Assembly (NCBI GenBank): GCA_030704615.1
Contig: CM060734.1
Location: forward strand, 18,538,001 to 18,602,000
Origin: Takakia lepidozioides
Taxonomy: Eukaryota; Plantae; Bryophyta
Direction of reading: 5' to 3'
DNA: 64,000 nucleotides
Shown: positions 48,165-62,800 of the stretch, in pieces
Layout: each line of letters begins with the position of its first letter
Numbering within the stretch: the stretch's first letter is position 1
The notes under the pieces: model-generated
What the model saw: only the letters and a program-made list of their open reading frames with translations
Databases searched by the model: none
What the model was told of the DNA's origin: nothing
Translations under genes and position numbers: made by a program

Positions 48165-50110
48165 CTTAGGGCTGTGGCGGTGGTAAGACATCCTGTGCAT
48201 TGGCTGGGCTGAAACCCCCTGGCGAGGGCGAGTGGCGAGGGCGGGCTACAGAGGGCGACGGCAACAGGGCGGGCCCGCGAGCCCTCGTGGCTCGCGGGGG
48301 CAGCCCAGCCCCTGCCGGTATCCGGCGTACTGCCTCAATTAAGGCGCCTGTAATCAATGCTTAGAGCATTGATTATCAGTGCTCTTTAGGCTCCCTCCAG
48401 TTCTGCACGGCCCCTCGTTTCTCCTCTGAAGGTGGGGTCACCCGCACCTACGGGTCGCCCTGCCAGCCGTGCCCGCCTTTGAAGGGTACCGGCTACCACC
48501 GGTGTCCAGTCTGCCACCTCACCCAATGGGCCTCGGGCTGCGGCGGGCTACATTATTTTTTTTAATGCGGGAGTATCGCACAACTCTTAAGGAAATTACG
48601 CCGCGCGGGCAGCATCCGTTTCTCGGGCAGAGCGGCCGATTTAAACAGATTATGCCGTTTTTTAGGCAAATTAAAAAGCATAATACGCAGGTGCTGCTGA
48701 TTATGGCCTCTGGATATTCGTAATCTAGGTTAGCCTCAAGAGAGGCTTGTCCCTACAGGAAGCCACTCATTAATGGCTATAATAAAGCCTTCTGCCATAT
48801 AATGCAGTCAACCAGCCCCACTATTGGGCCACATGTCATTTCCTCGCTATGCCCCCTTGCTCGCCATGCATGCGCCCTACCATGCTCTATGAGCCCTCCC
48901 CCATGCTGCATGCTCCATAGCATGTTTGTTATCCATGGATGAATTAAGGGATGAATTTAGGATGAATGAGGTTAGGATCTTTTAGGGCGGCGGCTGGTTG
49001 AGGGTTTTGTTTGTTTGGGGCTTAGTGAGTTCTTTGCAAACTAAGGAAACCTCGAATGCGCTTCCTCCAGACATATTAAGGTATACCATCATGTCAGGGA
49101 AACCTCGATCGCAATTTCTTCTAGACATATCTTATATCACCAAAGTGATATGCCAGGAAACCTCGACCGTATCTTATATCACCAAAGTGATATGCCAAGA
49201 AACCTCGACCGTTTCTTATATCACCTAAGTGATATGCCAGGGAAACCTCGACAACGGTTTCCTCTAAACATATTTTGTATCACTTTAGTGATATGCGCAC
49301 CGGATCAAGTTTAGTGATCCACAAGCTCACCTCACTAATCTAATCTACTCATAATCGCGTCCACTAATCTATTCACTAATCCATAGAACGAGAGCCAAAT
49401 AAGCAATGTTAAAACAGTCGTCACCCTAACGAGCCTAAACCCACCTCTAACCTCATCCCTAACCTCATCCATTTTAGACTCATCCCACTAAAATCATCTG
49501 TGGATAACAAACATGACCATGGAGCATGCGGCATGGGGCCTCGCATGGAGCATGGCAGGGCACGCATGCATGGCAAGGGGTGGGTCTGGCCAAGGGGGCA
49601 TCAGGAGGAAATGACAGGTGGCCCCGGGGGCTGGCTCTTGACATTAATGACAAAGCCCATTAATGTGCCCTGCCTTGTAGGGAATGGACAAGCCGCTGGC
49701 GACTCTGAGGGGGGTAAGCCGCCTGGCGAGCCCGGGGCGAGCCTGGCGGCGAACCCGCAGAGTTGCCACAGCGGCGCGCCCATTCCCTTACGTTAACGAC
49801 TTTTGAGGCAGATTTTGCCGTTTTTGAGGCAAATTAAAAAGCATAATACGCAGGTCTCGCCAGGCGGCTTACCCCGCAGAGTTGCCACAGCGGCGCGCCC
49901 ATTCCTGAGCGTTAACGAGTTTAGGGGCAGCTTATGCGCCCCTGGAGCCAATCAGAGGCTGCCAGACCTTAATAAAGTCAATCGGGCGTGCTAAAAAGTC
50001 AAACTGACAATTATGAGTGGGCATAATCTGCCAGTACCGGCATAATCAGGCCTCAGGATATTTGTAATCTAGGATTAGCCAATTTAGCCTAAAGAGAGGC
50101 CTTGTCCCTA
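48165..50110. mobile_element. Non-coding foldback/MITE complex
   Basis: Imperfect inverted repeat 48752-48980 / 49450-49682 (CCCTACAGG..CCTTGTAGGG), internal GAAACCTCGA repeats, and a duplicated block ending AGAGAGGC(C)TTGTCCCTA at ~48756 and ~50110. No TSD was found. Confidence 0.55.
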
Positions 50111-50848
50111 GTACGTTGTGAAGGACGAAAACGGGTCTGCCTGCGACAGAAACTACTGAACTGGACGTAGACTTGCACCGGACGGAAACGAGTCTCTGCG
50201 TTGGATTCGATATGGACCCGAAGCAGTGGTCCGGACGTAAGGAGTCTCGTGTCTCGAGATCCCGAGACTTGAGTCTTTCCAGATCCCGAACCTAACATCT
50301 CAGCCTCGGCTGTTGGGGAGGACTGGTCGCTCTAGGTGCGGGCGAGGTCCGGGGGAGGCTCGGACGAAGACAATCGTGTTGTCTTTGTGTGCTTGACTGC
50401 GATTTTGAGATTCAGAGAGAGCGAGGCGGGTGGAGCCATGCTTCTTTGGCCCGCCATCGCTCTCTTCTCATCTATCATTGCCCTCCCTTGCGTGATTGTT
50501 ATGATGGTGTAGTTGCAGTGGGAATTTTGGTGAACGCGTAGATGTGCTTCTTAGCACTTGCCTCATGCATGGTTGGTGGTACTATTTTGGGGCCTCACCA
50601 TGAACTCCATCGTCGGCTCTGTGTTAATGTCTGTCTCGGTATGTGGATTTCACCCTACTTTCCTTGATTTGAAGATGTGTTCTCGTGCACCTGTCTTACT
50701 GGTCTTGTACTGGTCCAAGTGGATTCTTGGCGTTCTGGATACAGTCTCAGTGACGAGTAGTTTTCCTTGCGCTAACCATCAGATGACTTTGTGGCCTTGT
50801 TCACACCAGAGGTCTTCCCCGCGACTGCCAGTTTCCATGTGAAGGCCA

Positions 50849-53800
50849 ATGGTTGGGTTAAGGATGGATGTCATAGAAGATGATGGCATCCACCTGGAAG
50901 AACAGGACGTTGAGCAGGTCCTTGAGGATGTGGGGGTTGGGAAAAGGGAGACTGCAAAGGGCGACGGAGATTCAGAGCCCCAGAGAGATCGAGGAGAGAA
51001 AGTCAGTGATTTGGGACCTGTTAGGGTTTCAGAGATAGACACTGATGAGCACGATGAGCATAAGAGGGATTCCAGTGGAGAGATTCTGAGAGCAATCGAA
51101 GACGGAGAGGACGATAACGATGAGGTCGTTGATGTATCCCCCAGCGGCCAGACGCTTTCGTCTTTAGCGTATAGTACGCAAGAAGATGTGTCTCGCTTCA
51201 AAAATTTGTACGTATATGACAACACCTTTCCAGTTTTGCCGGCCTCCATAAGTGACTTCAAGCATCTCCGAAAGCTGAAATTTTTTTCGAACGAGATCAA
51301 GGTCTTGCCCGAAGAAGTTGGGGATTTGACGCAGCTGGAGCATTTGTATGTGAAAACCTCTCCCACTGGGCTCGGTAGTCTTCCACCGCTTGGTAAGCTA
51401 AGCGCTTTACGAGCCCTGGAGCTTCATCAAGCGCCCTCCCCACCTTCGGCGTCCACCCTCTCGCGAGATATTGCGCAGCTGCACTCCCTTACGAGGCTTT
51501 CTGTTTGTCACTTCTCGATTTCGTAAGTGCCCAAGGACCTTCTTACCTCTTCCACCAGCACCGAGTTCATAATTTTGGCTTATGATCTCATATTTATATT
51601 GCCTGGCCCCACAATTTTGATTGCTCCATCCTTTTAAATGTCCATTTGTGGCCAAGAGAGTTCTCTTGTGAGAGCGCGATGCTTCACTCATTGACCTCAT
51701 TATGCCCAATTGAAGCCAGGGCTTTAGGCTCAGCATGATGATATTCAATATTCTTGACATTCCTGAATAGGGTCACTCTCGGGTGAGCGGACAATGTGTC
51801 AGAAAATGGATATTGTCTTCAGCCTGCCCACACATCTGGCAATGACAATCTCCTCTTCCTCTCTGCATCTGTTTATTGTTCAAAGGTAGGCTTCCCGCCC
51901 TGAGTTTAAGTTTCAGTCTAGTTGCCAAGGGTAGCTAGGCCCTTGAGATCATCCTTAAGGTCCTCGGCCATGCCATAGACTGGAAAGAAGTTCAGGGAAC
52001 TTTTATGCTTCATTTAGAGAGAGAGGGAGCGGTGGGCTCTATGAAACAGTTGTCCCTATGAGTTTGCAACCCTCCCTGGAGTAGGGTATGCAAACTCAGC
52101 CTGAAGAAGCATAGTGAATGACAAGCTGTTTTGCAGTAAATAACTGTTGAGGTGTGATTGGTACAGACGTCATTGAGCAGAAAATAATTATCACTGAGAC
52201 CCAGAGGGCCTATGTGACAGAACCCTTAGATATGGAGTTCCTTGCACAGACAAGCTGCTTAGCACTTCTGGTCCTCAAAGCTAAAGGCCTCTGCCAAATA
52301 CGGGGACCCCTAAATAGATTAGTACTCCCCGTGATCTCATATTGTATAGGGCAGGTGAAGAAGTGATTCTGGTTATAGGCAAAACCTATCCAGATATAGT
52401 GCTGAGCCCAGTCCACATGCTGAGCATCATGTGAGATAGAATGATTCTGTTCCCAGCAAATATGAGAAAGTGGAAAGTGCTGAGGGCCTGACCTGAGGAG
52501 CCAACATTTCTTGTAATTTGCTTGAGGAAAAAGTTTGCAGCAATGTCCATTGACTTGACGGATTCATTGAGCAAGCATCACATGCTAAACAGATTAGCAC
52601 AGGCTGAATATTAATGTAAATCCTAACAAGCATCCAACAGATGGCCCAGTGGCTACAGCACAAGGGCGTCTTATAATCGGTCATGGGTTCAAAGCCACAT
52701 ATGTGTATGTTGGATGTTGCCCATTATAGGCAAGCCAACTACAAAAAGGGGGTTGCTGGGTCAACTGGTCACTTAGTGTTTTGAGTACCTGGGGGCTTTT
52801 GAGTCCTTGGGGAGGTTTGGGCAACCCCGGTGCTGCGGTTTACGGCTGTTATAGGGTGTCTAGTGCCTGAAGAAGCATAGTGAATGACAAGCTGTTTTGC
52901 AGTAAATAACTGTTGAGGTGTGATTGGTAGATGTCATTGAGCAGAAAATAATTATCACTGAGACCCAGAGGGCCTATGTGACAGAACCCTTAGATATGGA
53001 GTTCCTTGCACAGACAAGCTGCTTAGCACTTCTGGTCCTCAAAGCTAAAGGCCTCTGCCAAATACGGGGACCCCTAAATAGATTAGTACTCCCCGTGATC
53101 TCATATTGTATAGGGCAGGTGAAGAAGTGATTCTGGTTATAGGCAAAACCTATCCAGATATAGTGCTGAGCCCAGTCCACATGCTGAGCATCATGTGAGA
53201 TAGAATGATTCTGTTCCCAGCAAATATGAGAAAGTGGAAAGTGCTGAGGGCCTGACCTGAGGAGCCAACATTTCTTGTAATTTGCTTGAGGAAAAAGTTT
53301 GCAGCAATGTCCATTGACTTGACGGATTCATTGAGCAAGCATCACATGCTAAACAGATTAGCACAGGCTGAATATTAATGTAAATCCTAACAAGCATCCA
53401 ACAGATGGCCCAGTGGCTACAGCACAAGGGCGTCTTATAATCGGTCATGGGTTCAAAGCCACATATGTGTATGTTGGATGTTGCCCATTATAGGCAAGCC
53501 AACTACAAAAAGGGGGTTGCTGGGTCAACTGGTCACTTAGTGTTTTGAGTACCTGGGGGCTTTTGAGTCCTTGGGGAGGTTTGGGCAACCCCGGTGCTGC
53601 GGTTTACGGTTGTTATAGGGTGTCTAGTGTCTACCTTCTAAACCAAAGGCAGTAGTCCTTCAGGGGTGAAGTGATGCCATAGTTTACGCTTGCTTTGGCA
53701 GGAGTCAACCTTTTCAAATCCTAACACCATGAGCACATATGGCCTGATGGCTATTTTAAATGTTGGAACTCAGCCTCTAATCGAATGCGCGTGGTAATGT

Positions 53801-56800
53801 GCTTAAAATGGTATTTCATGCCAGTCAGTTCAGACATGCTTTTATCCTATCCTCTGCCAGCAAGGGTCCCACAATAGTAGTCTGTGGTTGGACTGGTTTG
53901 ACCTATGTCAAGGGCTGATGTCCTTAGTGCTTTTTCCTTGAAACTAGGGCAACAAGGAATTTTTGTTTATATTGATGTGCCGTGGGTTTTTACTGAAATT
54001 GGAATATTTGCAGTTGGCCTAGGGAGATAAGGGTTTGAGGCAGTGACTGTCATATTCAAAGCTCAAATTCCAACACTGTTGGTGGTGACAAATGTTTATC
54101 ATTAGTTTGTCACAGAACTTGGGTTGCTGCTCTTACAGGTGGGTTCCTGCTGAGATTGGGTCTCTAACGAATCTGGAGGAGTTAGACTTGTCTTTCAACA
54201 AGTTGAAAGCCCTGCCCAAAGAAATTGCAGGGCTGAAGGCCCTGAAGAGCTTGAGAGTGGCAGGCAATAAGCTGGTTGAGCTGCCTTCGCAACTCACTGG
54301 CCTAGCCAATTTGAGCAGTATTGATGTAGCACATAATCGCCTTACCTCGCTACAGTCTCTTGGGCTTCAGTCAATGACATCACTTCGGGCACTTAATGCA
54401 CAGGTACATTCTCTATTCTGTTCTAGTCCAACTTCTTTGACATAGACCAAGGTGTAGCTCAAGGATGTACTCTCTCCCCTCTGCTCTTCAATGTTTTCAT
54501 CAATCAACTCCTCGAGGATGTGGAAAGTGAGGGATTTGGGTTAAGGGTGGGTGATACCACCATACCAGCCCTTATGTTTGCGGATGACTTCGCAGGCATA
54601 GGGGAGACTCCAACCAATCTCCAGGAGTTGATTGATTGCGCGAAGAGATACTTTGATCTTTGGGGGCTAGAGGCTAATGTCAGCAAATGTGCAGTGGTAG
54701 CATTCAACGACAGAGGAGAGGGAGGAAGTGATCTTAAGTGGCAGTGGGGTAGCCAAGAGATCCCGGTCCTCCCTTCCTACACTTACCTGGGCGTTGAGTT
54801 CTCCTCCAATTGTAATTGGGATGCACATATGCGGAAAGTTGTTCAAACTGGCAAGGGCAAAGCTCTGGGGCTCACTAAATTTTTCCACTGCAGAGGGGTC
54901 AACTCTGAGGTCAAGAAAACCATGCTTTGTCGCGTTATTAAACCTGCCTTGGAGTACGGATCTGCTATATGGGTTGATAACTCCAACCAGGCTAAGTCTC
55001 TAGAATCCATTCAAGTGGGGGTGCTTAAGGAGTGTATGTCAGCATGCTCCAAAACAGCCAATGTGGCTGTTCAGGGTGAGTTTGGCATTCCGTCCTTAAG
55101 CTCCCGACGAGATGAATTCAAGGTCAGATGGTGGGGTCAGCTGCAACATATGCCCAACACCAGATATCCTAAGTTAATCGACTCTATATCTTGGAAACAG
55201 GACCGCCCTGTCAAACAGGCTAAGTCCTGGCAGAAGAGAGTAGAAGAGATCCTCAAGGACCTGGACCTGGATCCGCAAGTCTTGACCCTGCTGGATAAAT
55301 CTGACTTAGAGGCTGTCGTGTCCTCAGCCATGTCTGTTGCCATGAGATTGTCTGATGAAAATGAAGTTAGGCAGAAAACTTCCCTGAACTTGTTTCCAGT
55401 CTGTGACGTGGGGGAGGACATCTTGGATGACCTCAAGGGTCTACCCACTCTCGGCACTCGACTGAAATTTAAACTCAGGGCAGGAAGCCTACCTTTGAAC
55501 AGCAAACAGAAGCAGAGAGGAAAGGGAGAGTGCAATTGCCCGTTGTGTGGGCAATCTGAAGACAGTATTCATTTTCTGATACACTGTCCGGGGTTCTCTC
55601 ACCAAAGAGACGCTCTCTTCAAATCTATTAAGGGAATTGTGCCTGTACCCCTGTTTACCAACTTTGAAAGTCTCGAGGCTGAGCCAAAAGCCCAGGCCCT
55701 CCTGAGGCCTAGTTTTTGGGCAAATCACACACAGCAGATTGATGCTTGTGTGAAGGGATTTCTAGAGGATATCTGGAAAACCCGGATTAATTCTTTATAT
55801 GGAGGTAAGTCCTACTACCAACGTCAGCCCCTGACAGAGGTAGGTTCTGTCCCTTTTGTTCCCGCTCAAACTGGGCGCGGGGTCAATGGCCACAAGGCTA
55901 CGGCAAACAACGTCTTATGAGTACAATCTATTCTGTTTCTTCGTTGTGAAGGTAGTTGGACATACTGTGGTTATGAGTTTGAAGCATCTGATAGTCTGTA
56001 AGGTGGTGGGTGATGTGAGTTCTGTTTTATTTTTCTACAGGTGCCTGTATGGCTGTAAACTCATATCATATGCAGAACATCCCTGTAAGAACCTAAAATG
56101 ATATAAATCTGTGTTTGAATGGACAGTAAGGACGTTTATATATACATATGGATGTCAAAGATGCGGCTCGGGAAAGGATTTTCTTCAAAGGAAGACGTGA
56201 GTGTGTGACAGTGCTGCTTTTATATAACATTAAGCCATCTGAGTAAAGAATTAGTTGAACATGCTAAGACTATGGATGCTAAGACTTGCTTGCAGTATAG
56301 TATAGGTTATTCTGTGTAGACCTAAGGATGTTTCCTGAGGTCCACGTTTTGGGGGTTCACGTCTGTGTGTTGCTAGATCCGTCAGCTTGCCTATGACATG
56401 CTAGAGAGGCTACAGACAGTGGAGGTTTGCCCCGTGCATGTGGGTTCCTGGACAGATGTAAGACAGCTGTGCATGGTTGAGTACTCTTCACAGGACTTCT
56501 GATTAGCTTGCATACCAAAAGAACTTTTAAGAAATCTGTTAAGTTAACTGCCAGCTGTGCATGCAGCAATGGTTCCTTTGCCATGGTGACCACATGCACC
56601 AAAGGTGAAAATTTGCTTACAAATAAGCAGACTGGAATCGTAGACATGATGGCATGTACTGCTGCATCTTTTGATGTTCCAGATAAGGAGTATTTCCAGA
56701 TGAAATTTCACATGCGTTCTCATAATGAAGGGGGTGTTGATGAGTAACTTGCATCGAGGAGGATTTAAGTCACCAACTAAATAATCTGGTTTTTTGTGGC

Positions 56801-59800
56801 ATCATCCTGGCATCTTTTTGGTAAGGGATTGCCGGGGGGCTCCAATACCTGCAAGTCTAAGTGTGATTCCTGATTGTTCCTGTAAATCATCTCCTTGAGA
56901 GATCTCTAGCCGTAGGCCTTCATGTTTTAACTGTGTCCAAGTGTGACTTCCTGGAAGATATGCCAAAGGAGTATAAAGTTATGCCAGCATCTCATGATTC
57001 TCCTGACAAAGAATTGTATTCACATCTATGGATACATCTGTTGCAGTTCAATAAGCTTCAGAGCGCAGGCCAAATCCCTGAGTGGGTGTGCTGCCAGCTG
57101 GAAGGCAATGAACTGCTGGAGGCAGCAGAGAATGGTCGGGAAGTAGAAAATGTAGCTTGCACCGAGGAGTATTTGTTGGATTGGGAGCTTCTGCCATCTG
57201 TGATTGATTCAACTGTCAAAGAAGGTAAGTAAACTTTTGGCCGGATTCCATAGAAAGGCATTCCATTGTGTCATTGTTAGTGGTGGTTTGAGTCAGGGAA
57301 CATGGTGGTCTAAACTGATAAATAAGAAGCAGCTAAGTTACGTATCCACTGTGCTGTTCCACCTCCTAGGTGACTTCCGTAATTATTAAAGTAAAGTAAA
57401 GTTTGTTTAACGTCCACAATTATTAAAGAAAAGATTCACAACAACAGAACATATTTGGGGATGGCTGAACCGCTTCACATGGTGAAAGGTTCATCAGTGT
57501 GGAGGTATAATTTCGATAGACATGCTGGGGTTCCTTGTAGGCCTGTTGAATAAGTTGTTGTTTGTCTCAATGCAGGGGACTGTCATACTTCAGAGCTGGC
57601 AGTTCCCTCTAGCAAAGGAAGCCCACCCTCTCTGAAGGGAAGCATACATTTGAAGTCTAGGCGAGGCTGGAGGAAACAAGACAACCAGCAACATAAAGCT
57701 CGCCAGGATCGGCTGAACAGCAGCCGCAAACATCGCCCTGATGACCATGCTGGGGAAGGCCATTTGGTTGAGGGGAGCCCAGTTGAACAGGACAATGGTC
57801 GGGAGAGTAAAGAAGGTCGCTCAATAAGTTTTTTGAGTTTTCAGCATAAGGCTGTGCCCCAAAGTGTGGATTCAAGCGGGGATGGTAACAAAATGGAGGA
57901 TTGTGCCACTGATGGAGAGAAGAGAGATGGGAGCGAAAAGAGGAAACACACAAATGTCAAGGGCAGTCTGTCTCCCTTGGAAGAGAATTCGGATCTCGGC
58001 AAAGAGTTTCAGCAGGATGATGACTATGACAAACCAGCAGATGCAAGCTGTAACAACTACAAAGCAAGTGTCGGTGCCACTCCGGAATTGAAGCATCCGT
58101 TAATGCGGAAGGAAGGGGCCTACCACTGTGACAGCGACAGGCGGTATGTGTTCAAGGAAAACAGCTGCCGGAAAGCCATCTGCGGGGACAGATCTTGCCA
58201 GAGTGAGGAAGGTCTACCATTAGGTGATAGCCAAGATGTGGTTGAAAAGGGAGAAATGGGTGTGAGTGCAATTGAAGGCCTGCAAAAGAAAGAGGAGGTA
58301 GGTCTGAGGAGACATGGCAGTGACACAGACAAAAATCCCAAGCCAAGTAAGCGAAGGCGATCTGTGGAGGAGTTTTCAGCAGTCTCATACAAGTATTGCA
58401 ATGAATCATTCTGTGGGTTTAGCGATCGGCTGCCAGATGGGTTCTATGATGCAGGTCGCGACCGGCCATTTTGCGCACTCGATGTGCTGGAAAAGGAGCA
58501 ACCTTCCTTCGACTCACGGGAGGTTATCCTGGTTGACAGGTATGTTAATGAATCCATAGGGGAGCCATTTGTTCCTCCAGACCCAGAAGACATCAAATTC
58601 ATTTTTGGGGTCATGCTGTAGATTCCTGAAGACAGGGGAGGCATGTTGGGTGCATTCCTCTTAGGAAGTGTCAGCCCCCTCCACAATCTGCACAAGCCGA
58701 TGATGCTTGTTAATGTTTTGGTGTTCATAGCCTCCAGCCACTTCCTCAACTCTGTTGTCATAAAGACCTGGTTCAATGTAGGAGGGTCCTGTGCTTTCAC
58801 AAGATTTCATTTAGAGTGATTGGCATTACAGTCATTTATTTGCATTGTGTGACTGTAGTGGAAGTCGAAAGTGAGAAGGGAGCTCAACATGATGACCGAT
58901 GGGATCCTGCAGGGAGAGGGATGAGGATTTGGATGTGATTGCGCTTTCCGCACAGCAGCTTCTACAAGGACTGGGGCCTATTGGCCCCCCAGCTGGTGGA
59001 GATCCTCAACGCAGTCCGGGGGCAGCTGATGTCTTTCGGAGAGCCGCAGTGCTAGCGCTGTTTGTCTCTGACTGCTTTGGCGGAAGTGATAAAACCCAAA
59101 ACATCACTAACATGCGCCGGGCTGCATTAGGAGGTACTGCAGGAGCCCCTTTTGTGTGCTCATGCAGCTCAAATGGCAGCTCAATAGTGGCCAATGGTTT
59201 TGGAGATAATAGTGTCATGGCGGGGGCAGTGCTCCCAAGTGTGCACCTACTTTGTGAAGGGGCAGTTCGGTTCCTGAAGGCTCAACGAGGTTCGAATGTA
59301 CTGCCCATTGGTTCCCTTCCCTATGGTGTGTGCCGACATCGGGCCATCCTTTTGAAGGTCAGCACGTGTGTCTTTCTCTCCTATCACCTATTCTCTTTTC
59401 AAGGATCTTTTACCTTGTACCCTTTGTATGTAGATAATGCAAATCTGCCTGGTTTAACAATTTCCCAAATTATAGATCATTAGGCATTTGCTTGACATGG
59501 TTGAGATGTTGGCAGTATTTATGTGACAGGGCAGATCCCATTATTCCTTGTGAGCTGGTGCGTGGTTACCTGGACTACATGCCTCATGCTTGGAATGTTA
59601 TTCTGGTCGAGAATGGGAGTGGCACAGTCCGCATGCTGGTTGATGGTTGCCGTCCCCTGGATATTAGGCACGAAAGTGACCCTGAGTATTTTTGCAGGTA
59701 TGTGTACTGTATCTGTAGGCTTCTCTCAGATTGGGATATGAGAGGGACGGGACATGGTGTGATTGTACGAACTGTCTATAAATCAGATGATGGGTCCTTT

Positions 59801-62800
59801 CTGGGGAACTCTGGAGTGACAAAAATGTGGTTGGAATACTGTTCTTGGGTGTCCTATGTTATACTATCTGTGGACAGACCCTGCATTTTCTTTCAACTCT
59901 CCATACTGTCTTATCAGAATCACTATGTAGGGAAAGAAAGTGTTATGGACCTTGCAAACTAAAGCTCTTCTTTGATCATATCTTTACCTGGAAATGAAAC
60001 CTGTCTGCTTGTGCGCTCTGTAGGTATATTCCTCTAAGACGCTTTCATATGCCATTGGCTGTTAATGGAGGCCAGATGACTTTGGGCAGTGATATATCCT
60101 CTCCAGTGTTACATGAGGAGATTGGGCATGGGGCTTCGGGCGCCGTTGTGCGCCGTTGCACTTTTGGAACCTTTACAGCTGCAGCCAAGGTTGTTTACTT
60201 TGTACTACTTATGTCATCCTCTCTTATTCTCCACCACTCACCCTTTCTGTTGGTAGTGCTATTGCATAGGGTATTTGTCTTATCCCCTTCTGCCCTGTCT
60301 GCTGTTTTCAAGGTTCCAAAGTTGTATGGATGTAGCTTTCTTGGCTTGCGGATCGGCAGCTGATCTTTTTACTTGGAGACCGTGGGTCAGACTGCTGATT
60401 GAAATACGTCCCAGCAGGTGAGGCAACTTGAAGGAGGTGTGGAGGGCTCAGCTGGGAAGGGGCTAGAAAGCAGCTGCCTGAGCGAGCTTCGGATCCTCTG
60501 CAGTCTGCGCCAACATCCTTGTATAGTTACATTTTATGGCCATCAGTTTTCAACAGTTCCAGACAGGGGGTCGCAATTGATGATTTTTATGGAGCACATT
60601 CAAGGGGGTTCTCTCAAGGTAATCTCAACTGCTTCTTGCTTTTATAAAGATCTCTGCATGTCTGGGAGCCATGTAGTGTTTGTTCGGTTTGGCATCTACT
60701 ATCTCTGCAAATTCTTCCGTGCCATCATTTCCACTCGGGTTTATTGTTGCAGGGTTTGCAAGTATGCGGGTTATGCACTAGCTTTGCAGTGATAGCATGG
60801 ATAACATGAATCTCATCAAACTGGCACTGATGTTGCAGGGTCTGCTGCAAGAACTGGGAGAGAAGGGGCAGACATCCATGGCCCCAAAGCTGGCATGCCA
60901 GGTGGCAAGAAACGTAGCTTGCGCGCTAGCATTGTTACATTCCAAGGGAATTGTCCACAGAGACATCAAAAGCAGTAATGTGTTGGTCGACATAGATACC
61001 GAGCAAAGCTCGGATGGTGGACCAATAGTGAAGCTTTGTGATTTTGACAGTGCGGTTCCTCTACGTTCATCTGCCGCCCACACATGCTACCTGGCGCATC
61101 GAGGAGTCCCGCCAGCGGATGTGTGTGTGGGAACCCCTCGTTGGATCGCCCCTGAGGTGCTGCGGGCAATGTATGGGCGCCATCCGTATGGCTTGGTGAG
61201 CTTCAGTCTCATTACATACCCTCAAGTGTACCTTGTATTCCTTGTAGAAATTGGAGGCCGAGGTGAAGTGTTTCTGAGGGTTTCCATCTGATGGGGAGCG
61301 AGAAGTGGTGGATGAATCCAAAATCAGATGTGAGATGAAATGCATGGATGAGAGAACCTGCAGGTAGTGAATGGGTATGTCAGCATTTCCATTCGTGAGT
61401 TCTGACTGTGCTTCCTACTAGAATTTTTACTGGCTTTTGGGGAGAGCTTGATGAGTTGAGTGCCCGCTTGATTACTTTTCTACTGATTTGTTGCTATATG
61501 CAATAGGTGATCTAAAGCTGTCGAGGTGCCCTGAAGACCAGTATTTAGGATGTCGGGCTAGGATGAATACGTTGTCATCATACCGTTTGGATGCTTGCAG
61601 TGCCTAGTTACCGAAGTAAGGTTTGAGACCCCCCCTTTTTGGATGTGTTGCAGGAGGCAGACCTGTGGTCATTTGGCTGCTTGCTGGCTGAATTGCTTAC
61701 TCTCAAGGTTCCTTACGCAGGCCTCTTGGAGTCAGAGGTTCACTCTTGCATACAGGTACTGTACCTTTTCTGTAGGTGTTGGTCCTGTACATGTACTTTG
61801 CAGTAGTTTCCAAACCTGGTATGATGAGGTATTGTTTTTGTGTTTTCCTTACCATGACATAAAGAAGATGAGTGATGTGAGACAAGAAAAGGGAGAGTGA
61901 AGCAAGATAAGAAAAGGCTTAATGACAATGACAGTGTGTGATCCTCCGTTAAGAGGTAGACGTCTAGTTCTCCGCCTGGGGTCACTTATGTGGCCCAACT
62001 TCCCTTGGAGTCAAAAGACTGTCTTAAAGATGGCACTCAACATACAAGTATGTGGATTTGACCTCATGGCCATTTGCAAGGCTGTGCCCTTACCAGTGGG
62101 CCATCTGTTGGGTGCTCCCATACCTTTTAAAAATAAGGTAGAAGGGAATAGGGAAAGAGGAAAAGAATCTTACTGTTCATTTTTGGGAACATGAAGAGAA
62201 GATAGGATTGATGAAGACCAAAAAAGAAATTGGCAGCAGTGGAGAGGAAGCACGGATACTGATAGCTACAAGAAAAACTATGGAGTTCAGAAGCAGCTGT
62301 CAACTTTACTTCTACCACCTTTGGTTGACTTTGAAAAGCTGACGTGCCTTTCATGGGTGCAGATGGGTCAAAGGCCGCAGCTGCCAGCAGAACTAGATAA
62401 GCTGGTCTCGCAGCCATACAACAAGAATGAATCAGCCACAGGCACAGCGGGTGACACAGAGAATCTGAGATTGTTAGTAAGACTCTTTTATTCATGCACT
62501 GAGGCTAGCCCGCTCCAGCGACCCACTGCGAAAGAGGCATTTACAATTCTTTCAGGAGTGTTTGGACCCGCACCCAAAGCAGATGTGAATCCCGTTTTTG
62601 GAGAGGTGGTTTTGGATGACACACTGCCAGTGCTGGTAGCTGGACCAAAGCTGGTTTTGTCACTGACTGATGAAGCAGTTGAGGATCCGGCTACCCTCTC
62701 TGAACCTAATGTTCTCTGCAGTTGTGAGGTGAAGACCTGCAGTAGCTGTGAAGGAAGTAGTGCTCCTTACACAAGCAAGCTGGACACAACCGACTCTGTC

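Noticed and set aside
61030-61060. DFD instead of DFG as a novel pseudokinase
   Set aside because: HRDIK, the Gly-loop and APE are intact, and from recall DFD is typical of this LRR-EDR1-kinase family.
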